DNA of 64,000 nucleotides, from the NCBI GenBank assembly GCA_963662275.1, contig OY759316.1, positions 2,048,001 through 2,112,000 of the forward strand, given 5' to 3'. The number at the start of each line of letters is the position of its first letter. The stretch's first letter is position 1. The stretch comes from Candidatus Cloacimonadales bacterium. Lineage in GTDB: Bacteria; Cloacimonadota; Cloacimonadia; Cloacimonadales; DAONDQ01. Of the stretch, positions 54,319 to 63,593 are shown piece by piece. The notes under the pieces were generated by a model. It did not search any database, was not told where the DNA came from, and saw only the letters and a program-made list of their open reading frames with translations. A program made the position numbers and the translations under genes.

Positions 54319-55239
54319 CTATAAGTCCACACAGAAATGCCCCACCACATCTATTAATTTTGATAAGGTAATCGCATCAGGCGAAATTGTCAAATCGAAA
54401 TTGCATTTATTATACCAAGTCCATTGGCGTTTAGCATAATTACGAGTATGCTGTTTCGCTTTGATTAAACAATTCTGCCACGAATCCAATTTAGTGAAAT
54501 AAGGTATAAACTCTCTGTAACCAACTGCATTCATCCCAGGATCTCGCCAATCATAACCATTATGCAGCAGGTCTTCTATTTCTCGTAAAATCCCTTTCTC
54601 AATCATAGTGTCAAGTCTTTTCTCGATTCTCTGGTACAATTCAGAACGATTAGGAGAAATGAATATTCTTAACGCCCTGAATGGTGAAGTATGCTCTTGG
54701 TGTTTCCAGTGTTCTGTAATGGGAGTACCTGTGAATTTCCATACCTCCAAAGCACGAAGGATACGCTGTTGATCATTTACACTTATCTTACTGGCAGCAA
54801 TAGGATCTATCTTTGAAAGATACTGATGAAGAAACTCCAAGCCATTCTTTTCCTGGAGTTCACGAAACTCCTGTTTCACTTCAATTGGAACTTGTGGTAT
54901 TGTGAATAGTCCATGTAATAGGGAACGAATATAGAGACCTGTTCCACCAGCAATAATTGGTATTTTCTTTTGTGACCACAATACAGCACAAATCTTTCCA
55001 GCCTGGTTTTTGAAATCCCCTGCTGTGTATGTTTCTTTAATATCAATGATATCAATGAGATGATGATGTACCATTTCCTGTTCTTCTTTTGAAGGTTTTG
55101 CCGTACCGATATCCAGTTTCTGGTACACTTGGCGTGAATCGGCAGAGATCAATTCAGTGCCTAATTCCAAGGCAAGCTGCATGGCAATGGCGCTTTTTCC
55201 TGAACCTGTAGGACCTTCTATTGTAATAATTGGAATCAT
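54319..55239 (-). CDS. miaA: tRNA dimethylallyltransferase
   Basis: GPTGSGKS, SADSRQVY, IGTAKP, YAKRQWTW motifs. Confidence 0.96.
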   Translation of the reverse strand: MIPIITIEGPTGSGKSAIAMQLALELGTELISADSRQVYQKLDIGTAKPSKEEQEMVHHHLIDIIDIKETYTAGDFKNQAGKICAVLWSQKKIPIIAGGTGLYIRSLLHGLFTIPQVPIEVKQEFRELQEKNGLEFLHQYLSKIDPIAASKISVNDQQRILRALEVWKFTGTPITEHWKHQEHTSPFRALRIFISPNRSELYQRIEKRLDTMIEKGILREIEDLLHNGYDWRDPGMNAVGYREFIPYFTKLDSWQNCLIKAKQHTRNYAKRQWTWYNKCNFDLTISPDAITLSKLIDVVGHFCVDL

Positions 55240-57122
55240 ATTAGTCTTTTAAAACGCTTTTCCAACTCATTCAAAGACATTCGTATCATCAATGGTCTGC
55301 CATGTGGACAAAAATATGGAACTTGGCAAGCAAAGAGGTCATTGATGAGTACAAGCATTTCCTTACGACTCAGCTTCTTACCGGCTTTAATTGCAGCCTT
55401 GCAGGCAACGGATTTAGAAATACTGTCACGGAAATCCTCCGTGGTTTCATATTCTGATTCAAACTGCTTTAAGATCTCAATAAACAGCTCTCCCCCTTCC
55501 CAATCTTCAATTTCTATGGGGATTTCCTCAATCACAACCGAGTTACCGCTAAATGATTTAATGGAGAAACCTACTTTATAAAATGCTTCAAGATTTTGTT
55601 CTATCTGCTCCATTACCAATGAACTAATGTAAGGAGGAATATCCACAACGATGGGAAATAATAGTTTTTGAGTTTCTGCTGCCAAACCGTGCAGACGATG
55701 TATGATCTTTTCGTAGATTATTCTTTCATGGGCAGCATGTTGGTCAATAATCATTAAACCATCTTCCACCTGGATAAATATATAGGACTGATGCAGTTGC
55801 CACGGATTCACTAAATCTTCTTCCGACGGTAAAAAGAATGAAATATCCTGCTGGTCAGGAACAACTTTATGCGCCTCTTCCCCACCTTTTAACACTGGAC
55901 GCTGGGTAAATAAATCCGGCTGCTGATAAAGCTCTCCGAAAGGTTTCCGGTAGCTTGTAAATCTTGGTTCACTATTCCCGTTTGAATTTCGAAGTCCGAA
56001 GTTCGAAGTTCGAACATCGGAATCGTTTTCACTACGCAGTGGAATGTTATTTATAACATTTTCTGAATTCTTCTCTTCTCCGCTCGCACTTCGATTGAAT
56101 CGTTTCTCTTCATAATCCAGCAAAGCATTTGTGATCGTATTCGTCACAAATCCAAACACAAGCTGTGTATCTCTGAACCTGACTTCTGATTTTGCAGGAT
56201 GCACATTAATATCTATCAATTCGGGATTAATATTCAAAAACAAAATATACGGAGGCAGGTTCCCCTGGTTGTAAGAGCGGTTCTTTTTCAGGAATGGTTC
56301 ATACGCTGAACGAATACTATGCTGAACGATTTTATCAGTGATATAGCGTCCGTTAATGAACAGATAGCGATAGTCGGCATAACTGCTTTTCTCTTCTTCC
56401 AGTCCACCGATATAGCCTTCCATTTGAATCGCTGATTGCTGATGATTTATTCTGATCCAATCCGCATCCAGGAAAGGTGTACCGAAGACAGCCTGCATGC
56501 GTGCATCACGTGAATCTGTTTGCGGATAATGAAGCCGTTCCTTGCCATCTACGACAAAACGAAAAGCAATATTTGGGAATAATATCGCCTGATAATGTAG
56601 GTAGTTCATGATATGCTTGAGTTCAACCTGGTCAGTTTTAAGGAACTTTCGACGCGCCGGTACTTGGCTGAATATCTTACGAACCTGTATGGTAGTGCCA
56701 ACATTAGCTGCAGTTTTTGAGACATTATTGAGCTGTCCATCCCAGAAATCTACTTGAGAGGCAAGCTCTGAGTCAGCTTCCCGGGTAATGAGAGTCAGCT
56801 TACTGACAGAAGCAATGGAAGGCAATGCTTCACCCCGAAAACCGAGAGTGGAAATGGCTATGATGTCATCCACTGTACGAATCTTGGAAGTGCCATGGCG
56901 TTCAAAAGCAGTCAACGCATCATCGGGACTCATCCCGGAACCGTTATCAATGACCTGGATCAGGTCTTTACCACCATTCTCAACAGTAATGGAAATGGAA
57001 TCTGCACCGGCATCAATAGAATTCTCAACCAGTTCCTTCACTACTGAAGCCGGACGTTCTATAACTTCACCGGCAGCGATCCTGTTCGCAACTTCTTCTG
57101 CCAGTACTTTAATTTTATTCAT
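55236..57122 (-). CDS. mutL: DNA mismatch repair endonuclease MutL
   Basis: IAAGEVIERP, GFRGEAL, DQHAAHERIIYE, ACK, CPHGRP motifs. Confidence 0.97.
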   Translation of the reverse strand: MNKIKVLAEEVANRIAAGEVIERPASVVKELVENSIDAGADSISITVENGGKDLIQVIDNGSGMSPDDALTAFERHGTSKIRTVDDIIAISTLGFRGEALPSIASVSKLTLITREADSELASQVDFWDGQLNNVSKTAANVGTTIQVRKIFSQVPARRKFLKTDQVELKHIMNYLHYQAILFPNIAFRFVVDGKERLHYPQTDSRDARMQAVFGTPFLDADWIRINHQQSAIQMEGYIGGLEEEKSSYADYRYLFINGRYITDKIVQHSIRSAYEPFLKKNRSYNQGNLPPYILFLNINPELIDINVHPAKSEVRFRDTQLVFGFVTNTITNALLDYEEKRFNRSASGEEKNSENVINNIPLRSENDSDVRTSNFGLRNSNGNSEPRFTSYRKPFGELYQQPDLFTQRPVLKGGEEAHKVVPDQQDISFFLPSEEDLVNPWQLHQSYIFIQVEDGLMIIDQHAAHERIIYEKIIHRLHGLAAETQKLLFPIVVDIPPYISSLVMEQIEQNLEAFYKVGFSIKSFSGNSVVIEEIPIEIEDWEGGELFIEILKQFESEYETTEDFRDSISKSVACKAAIKAGKKLSRKEMLVLINDLFACQVPYFCPHGRPLMIRMSLNELEKRFKRLI

Positions 57123-57496
57123 TCATTTCTCCAATAAGTTCTGCTCTGGTCTCCCTCCCATTTGTAAAGGGAGGGATTAAGGGAGAGCTAGTTCTGTTCT
57201 GCTCTGCTCTTTTCTGCTCTGAGCTATTCCCTATTCCCAATTTACTATTCCCATCTGCTAAGTCTGACTTAGCCCCTTCTGCAACGTAAAATTGAAGAAG
57301 TAACTTTGATTGTCAATATAATTACCCCCCTACCTGAGGGGGGATTAAGGGGGGGCAACTTCTTCTCTGCCCATATTTCATTTCCCATTTCCCATTATCC
57401 CAGAGGTTCCTCCTCTGGCTATCGGATTTCATACATCCGATATGTTATGCCTCTGCCATTTTTTAATTTTTAACTTTTAATTCTCTTCCCTAATTC

Positions 57497-58363
57497 TTAA
57501 TTCTTAATTCCCTTGTATCCTCTCATGATAAACCCATACCCCACAAACAGTATCACTGCCAGTATCCCAAAGACGATAAGCTGAGGGAACTGAAATGTCG
57601 GATCATGCTTGAAGAACATCACCCAGCCCATGGCATTCACGGCAAGGATCTGAGTCAGAAAGAAACCATACAGCAGGTTTTGTATGGGAAAGGATGTCTC
57701 TCTCCGTGTCCAAAGCAGATACACACTGATGAATCCCAGGGGAATACAGAAGCCAAGATCAACCGCGCGGACAAGCCAGAAAGCTGTTGGAGCTTCCGCA
57801 TAACCATTTGAAGTACCAGTCTGCATCACTTCTATAATTCCTTTGATCCACATGGAAGCAAAGATCATTAGGAAAAGAGGAAACAAGACTGAATATACGA
57901 TCAAACCAGCCTTTTTGAAATGGCTGGAAACTTTCCCGGGAAACAATGAGAGCGAATAGAGTAGTAAGATCAAACCCGCAATGATGATATAGATGAAATG
58001 AAATGCAAATTTCTCACTATTCCCGGTATAGACTGCAGAACTCCACTCCCAGCCGATGCTATAGGATAACGCATAGTAGAATAGAAATAATGGTGATGCT
58101 GCCAGCAGATACTTGGCGATCTGTTTTCTCAGGAGCAGGCAGATACCGCCTATGATCAATATTGGACACATCACGACCAGGTTGATGATATCCTGCCCGA
58201 TCAATTGATTATTTACCGTGATGTGTGTTTTGTATTGTATGATATTCATATACAAGGGACCTAAGATTGCCAAATATGCCAGTAAAATACCCGTTACAAT
58301 TGCTAACAATGAAACGAAAATACGTTCAAAGGACGAACCAAAACCAGGTGATGCACTATCCAT
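57497..58363 (-). CDS. Hypothetical multi-pass membrane protein
   Basis: About 8 TM helices; GQD and DLG motifs. Confidence 0.75.
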   Translation of the reverse strand: MDSASPGFGSSFERIFVSLLAIVTGILLAYLAILGPLYMNIIQYKTHITVNNQLIGQDIINLVVMCPILIIGGICLLLRKQIAKYLLAASPLFLFYYALSYSIGWEWSSAVYTGNSEKFAFHFIYIIIAGLILLLYSLSLFPGKVSSHFKKAGLIVYSVLFPLFLMIFASMWIKGIIEVMQTGTSNGYAEAPTAFWLVRAVDLGFCIPLGFISVYLLWTRRETSFPIQNLLYGFFLTQILAVNAMGWVMFFKHDPTFQFPQLIVFGILAVILFVGYGFIMRGYKGIKN

Positions 58364-58551
58364 ACAATACCTCTAAGCTAAAATTTCTTTATGCACAACA
58401 AATTATGAAAGTAATTATTTGAAGTCAATAAATTGATAAAATGTCTTTCCCTCCCATTTGCAAAGGGAGGGTGGCTTTAGCCGGGAGAGCTAGTTCTTCT
58501 CTGCTCCGCTATGTTCTTCTCTACATCCGACTGGCATCTATTGATTAAAAA

Positions 58552-58834
58552 GAGCAGCCCCTAAGACCTGATAAACCAGGCTTTCATTCTCAATCTCATA
58601 GAGATGAAATCCAATAGCCAGTGGCGTAAGCCTCTGGGATCGATGGGAAATGAGACAATAATATCAATTACACCAAACCCCTCTTACCAATTTTGCGTGT
58701 TAAATTGGTATGAGGGGTTTGGTGGTTAAAAAACTCGTGATTTATCATACCTGAGGCTTACGCCACAGGCTATCGGATTTTACATCTCCGATGTTGTACA
58801 AGATTCCAAAATAATGAGCAGCCCACAAGACCTG
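58552..58834. repeat. Nested inverted-repeat (MITE/REPIN-like) unit flanked by 19-bp direct repeats
   Basis: Outer IR 58601-58639/58750-58788, inner hairpin 58671-58724, GAGCAGCCCnnAAGACCTG at 58552 and 58816; single arm also at 57398-57441. Confidence 0.75.
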
Positions 58835-59046
58835 CATATTTACAATATGCTTATGGCTATACCAAGGTTTCCTTAGGATTTACTTACTCACATCGTTAAA
58901 GTGAATCTTAGAAGTAAACTCTTGGGAACCACTTTGTCAGCTTGTTTGTTTATTGAGTTATTTTATATTATGTATAGATTTTATAGCGTGCTTATAGCTT
59001 CCACAGAAAGCTTAAAAAAAGCAAAAATCAAAAGCCAAACCCCAAA

Positions 59047-59907
59047 TCATTTAGACCTAAACAAACGGAACCCGAAGATAGTGCCCCCATAGTCGGGACT
59101 ACCGGAGTCGCAGTAGGAAACACGGCAACTGAGGGCGACGGTGTACCACGAACCACCCCGCAACAGTCGACACAAGCCAGCATCTGCACCCTTCGGATCG
59201 GAAACAGTTCTCTTTCTGTCACAGTTTAAACTATACCAGTCCCAACACCATTCCCAGACATTTCCACTCATATCATATAATCCAAGTTCATTCGCCTGCT
59301 TCTGACCAACCTGGTGAGTTGTGCTTGAGGAATTGTCAGCAAACCACGCAACACTGCCCAGATCATTGCTTCCAGCATATGTATACCCTTTGCTCTTGTT
59401 ACCACCTTTGGCAGCAAATTCCCATTCTGCTTCAGTAGGAAGTCTAAAACCATTTGCGCTCCAATCACAGGCGATGTTTTCACCGCATCCGCTATAACAG
59501 GGTGTCAACCCTTCTATTTGACTCAGCTTGTTGCAAAATTCCACACAGTCATGCCAAGATACGGTCTCTACTGGAAGGTTATCACCTTTGAAATAGGATG
59601 GGTTATTGTCCATCACTTCATGCCACTGCTTTTGAGTTACTTGGTATTTGCTGACATAAAAAGAAGAGAGAGTAACCTGATGAGTAGGCTTTTCACTGTA
59701 TGGTCCCCCACCGGTAGTATCGCCCATAGTGAAAGACCTGCCTTCAACAAAAACCATATTCTCATTCAACTTTTGCGATTGATCTAAATCTTCATTGCTA
59801 ATTATTTTTGGTGCAGTAGGATGCGGTTTATTCTTTTCTCGCTTTTTACCGCACTTTGTACATTTGTTTCCATTCCATTTATGACCAAAAAAGCATGAAA
59901 ATCCCAT
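59047..59907 (-). CDS. Formylglycine-generating-enzyme (SUMF1/C-lectin fold) family protein with N-terminal Cys/His zinc-ribbon-like motif
   Basis: PVETVSW, FRLPTEAEWEFAA, GLYDMSGNVWEW, RGGSW, GFRL motifs. Confidence 0.9.
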   Translation of the reverse strand: MGFSCFFGHKWNGNKCTKCGKKREKNKPHPTAPKIISNEDLDQSQKLNENMVFVEGRSFTMGDTTGGGPYSEKPTHQVTLSSFYVSKYQVTQKQWHEVMDNNPSYFKGDNLPVETVSWHDCVEFCNKLSQIEGLTPCYSGCGENIACDWSANGFRLPTEAEWEFAAKGGNKSKGYTYAGSNDLGSVAWFADNSSSTTHQVGQKQANELGLYDMSGNVWEWCWDWYSLNCDRKRTVSDPKGADAGLCRLLRGGSWYTVALSCRVSYCDSGSPDYGGTIFGFRLFRSK

Positions 59908-59925
59908 AATAATATATCCTTCTTA

Positions 59926-60998
59926 CTACAATTCTACATCTGTCTCTATCTTCAGCTCTTTATCACCTTCATATCCAGCAAACTTCATCATATTCTTACA
60001 ATGTCCAACAATCGCATCAGCAGAGCGATTGCCTTCAGTGAACCAACTATTGTCTAGTTTAATTGCTTCATGGAATTCATCTCTATCCTTCGAAACCCTG
60101 TAAACTCCTTCAATAGCCAAATTGGCTTTGATCTTGATCAAATGGTTATACGTGACAATCTTCACATCTCTCCAAGTATTTACATTATACCAGGTATCAA
60201 TTACAAAGACTCTTTTTGGCATATTACCGCGATATAATGATGGTTTGAGTATTGACGTAGTTTTCTTAACGGGTTTAGGATTGGGAGTATCAATCACAAT
60301 TACTGGTTCAATAGGTACGAGTTTCTTCTCCCACAATCTCTTTATCTCTTCTAATGAAATCTCATGCCCACGTTCTTTCAGAATGAATTGCACAAGCTGA
60401 TAGTTATTCAGTTCAGGAAACTCACTGGTTTTATCTTTGGCATCATGTTTGGCTATTTCAATTTCCTTACTGAGTTTGAGATCATTGAGCATCTTCTCAG
60501 CGGTATTCACAGCATCTTTGACAAACCGATTCTTTGAAAGCACCTCAGTAAGAATAGAAACGATGTAATCTATATTATCTTCAATCAAATCAAAGGTGCA
60601 GAAAAGCTTCTGAGCAAATGTACCGGTAGCAGATGATAGATAGAACCGCCAGATCTTTCCATCTGTTAGTATGGTGATGGAGGCTGTATTAAAGAAATTA
60701 TAATCCTGTAATTGATCTTCAGAACTTTCGATGTTGCCTCTCATTTTACCAACAGCTTTCACTTCAAAGAATACACCGGTGTTTTCTCTTTCATCAGACT
60801 ATGAAACAGAACGACATCCACACTCCCTTCTTTGGTTTTCAGCTTAATCGGATATTCGGTATAAAACTCTTCCGGATTCCAGATATCCCAACCCAATTCC
60901 TGGCAGATACGGGCAACGATTCCCAAACGGACATGTTCTTCTTTGGTGTAGGAGTGGTTTTCTAACTTCTTTTTAATATCTTCAATTACTTTAATCAT
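59926..60998 (-). pseudogene. HsdR_N-like PD-(D/E)XK restriction endonuclease, frameshifted near 60775
   Basis: LGWDIWNPEEFYTEY...VDVVL in 60759-60998 continues as VFFEVKA...QLQDY...LTDGKIWRFY in the frame of 59926-60762. Confidence 0.72.
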
Positions 60999-61577
60999 GA
61001 TAAACCTCTCAACCTTATTTATTGAATGTAATTTTCTTTGGCAAGGAAAAAGTCAGTGAATTAAGAATTAACAATTCGACTTCGCTCAATGAGAAATTAA
61101 AAAGTTAAGAATTATCAGAAAGAGATGTGCAGAATTTAAGATTTAAGATTTAAGATTGAAGATTGAAAAGATTGGAAGAGCATAACTAAGGGAACGCCGA
61201 ATTGCTTTCGGTGGTTGTTGCATTGTTTGCAACGTCTTCTTTTTCATATTACTTTAGACTGCATGTTCATTTCCTATGGCTTAGTTCTGCAGTTATTTGT
61301 GGAACTATGTCTTATCGATTTCCATTTAAAAATGCATAGCCGTTTCAAAACAGCGTTCCGAGATTGCAACACGGTTTGTAACGCGTTATTCATAAGGTGT
61401 ACCGCTATATTTATATAGCATCGTGTCTGGTTCTGTGACATAAGATTGTATCTTGTTGAACGAAGCTGCAAGCAGCAGTACCGTTCGCAGTAAACTCGTG
61501 TTTCATGCATTTAAACTATTGATATACTGAACCCTCACTAAAAGCATACTTACCCCCAAAATTAACTGGAGGTAAGT

Positions 61578-62450
61578 ATGGAATCATACGAAGTTCGCTT
61601 TTTAGAGTGCCTTGATCTTCGAGGCGTGTCCCGAGAGACAAAATACAATTACATCAGACAAGTCACTTCTTTAGCATCATATTATGGTCAAGACCCCGGC
61701 ACACTATCTATTGAACAGGTAAGAACATATTTTGTCTACCTGCATAACGTCAAGAATTATAGTCCTCAGAGTTTAAAATCAGCCTATTATGGCATCAGAT
61801 TTTTTTTCATCCATGTTGTTGGTTTCAGGCAAGAGGATTTTACCTTTTTTAAGGCAAAGATTGAGCACAAACTTCCTGTGATTCTGACCACAGACGAAGT
61901 TAGAATGCTTATCTCCCGCATTCATACTTATGATTATCGACTCTTACTGACTCTTACCTATCAATGCGGATTAAGGATTTCGGAAGCAGTCAAGATTAAA
62001 ATAGCCGATATCAACCGGGAATTGATGACCATCACGGTAAGGCAATCCAAAGGCAACAAAGACAGGTCAATACCTCTGCCTGAAAAATTGTATCAGGAAC
62101 TCCGGGAATATTGGAAAACCCATCAGAACAGACAGCTTTTATTCCCGAGCAGAAGCACCAGACAGGCTGATATTAACAGAATGACAACCTCGAACCAGAT
62201 TTCTGTCCAAACTCTTCGGTCAGCTCTGAAGTCAGCCTTAAAGGAGACACGCATCCCTAAGCATGTAACCTGTCATACACTCAGACATTCTTATGCCACA
62301 CATTTATTGGAAGCAGGTGTCAGTATCATCATCATCAAAGACTTGCTCGGGCACGAAAGTCTTAGAGCGACCATGGTATACGTGCATTTGACTAACGTTT
62401 CCCGAGAGCAGTCATGTAAAATCATCAATGAACTGATGAATAAGATGTAA
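61578..62450 (+). CDS. Tyrosine recombinase with N-terminal SAM-like domain
   Basis: GLRISE, SKGNK, HTLRHSYATH, LLGH, TMVY catalytic residues. Confidence 0.95.
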   Translation: MESYEVRFLECLDLRGVSRETKYNYIRQVTSLASYYGQDPGTLSIEQVRTYFVYLHNVKNYSPQSLKSAYYGIRFFFIHVVGFRQEDFTFFKAKIEHKLPVILTTDEVRMLISRIHTYDYRLLLTLTYQCGLRISEAVKIKIADINRELMTITVRQSKGNKDRSIPLPEKLYQELREYWKTHQNRQLLFPSRSTRQADINRMTTSNQISVQTLRSALKSALKETRIPKHVTCHTLRHSYATHLLEAGVSIIIIKDLLGHESLRATMVYVHLTNVSREQSCKIINELMNKM

Positions 62451-63593
62451 ATGGATTTTAGCAGGATTCTCAAAAACAACCTGTCCGAGTATCTGGAAAA
62501 ATATGGAAACCAGTCACCGGAAAGCCATTTAAGAGCGATCAGAGATATTCTCCTTTGCCGGACACCTGAACTGGGCGGAGAAGTCTATTTATGCCAGGAA
62601 TGTGCGGAACTGCATTATTCCTATCATTCCTGCAAAAACCGTCACTGCCCGAAGTGTGGCCGTAATGATTCAGCGAAATGGCTGGAAAAGCAGCTTGCCA
62701 AACTGCTGCCGGTTAAGTACTTCATGGTAACTTTCACCATACCCCGGGAACTGCACAAAACATGCCTGTCAAATCAGAAACTGCTTTATGATCTTCAGTT
62801 CAAAGCATCATCTGAAGCCTTAAAGACATTGCTTTCAGATCCCAAATATGCCGGTGGCGTTTCAGGCTTTACCGGGGTACTTCATACCTGGACAAGGCAG
62901 CTTGAATATCATCCTCATATTCATTATATAGTCCCCGGCGGAGCTTGGAATAAAGAACGAAAGGAATGGCAAAAAGCAGGCAATAAGTTCCTGATTCCGG
63001 TCAAAGCTCTTTCGGTGATTTACCGGGCAAAATTCCGTGATTTGCTTCGACTGGAAAATCAGCATCTGTTTGGTCGGATATCCCCGCTAGTCTGGCAGCA
63101 AAAAGAGTTTGTCACAGACTCCCGACCCGTCGGAAAAGGTCGGGAGGCTCTGACTTATTTGGCCAATTATGTGTATCGGACCGCCATCACCAACAATCGC
63201 ATCCTTTGGGAAAAGGACGGGCTGGTAACCTTTAAATACAAGCCGGCAGGTTCAGCTAAATTCGCCTTTAAAAGCGTCGACTCCGTGGAGTTTATCAATA
63301 AGTTCCTGATGCATGTTCTGCCGCAGGGATTTCAGAAAATCAGATACTACGGATTTCTCAGTCCGGCGGCAAAATCTGTCTGGGAGATGGTCAACAGCTT
63401 TTTCCCAGCAAAGTCCGATTCTAATGACAAGAATCAGACAGCTAAAACTTTTGTAATTCCCAAATTTGAAAAAGACCTCTGCCCTAATTGCAAATCAAAG
63501 ATGACACAGCATGCTTCAATTACCGGAAAACCAAGATCACCGCCTTGGTCGCTGTTGTTTTTGGCAAATTGCTTTGATGGCGGTAAACTGTAA
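62451..63593 (+). CDS. IS91-family Y2 HUH transposase with N-terminal zinc-binding domain
   Basis: SCKNRHCPKC, HTW...YHPHIH (HUH), YLANY (YxxxY), HVLPQGFQKIRYYG. Confidence 0.93.
   Translation: MDFSRILKNNLSEYLEKYGNQSPESHLRAIRDILLCRTPELGGEVYLCQECAELHYSYHSCKNRHCPKCGRNDSAKWLEKQLAKLLPVKYFMVTFTIPRELHKTCLSNQKLLYDLQFKASSEALKTLLSDPKYAGGVSGFTGVLHTWTRQLEYHPHIHYIVPGGAWNKERKEWQKAGNKFLIPVKALSVIYRAKFRDLLRLENQHLFGRISPLVWQQKEFVTDSRPVGKGREALTYLANYVYRTAITNNRILWEKDGLVTFKYKPAGSAKFAFKSVDSVEFINKFLMHVLPQGFQKIRYYGFLSPAAKSVWEMVNSFFPAKSDSNDKNQTAKTFVIPKFEKDLCPNCKSKMTQHASITGKPRSPPWSLLFLANCFDGGKL

Noticed and set aside
2296..57811. Numerous 60-130 aa ORFs nested in or antisense to long genes
   Set aside because: Shadow frames of well-supported CDSs with no motifs.
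61215..61510. Small ORFs 61215-61418 and 61274-61510
   Set aside because: They run through element-end and repeat DNA with no recognisable protein features.
61578..62450. Classical integron (IntI with cassette array)
   Set aside because: The 290-aa recombinase shows no obvious IntI-specific insertion, is paired with a Y2 transposase, and no series of canonical attC sites was seen.
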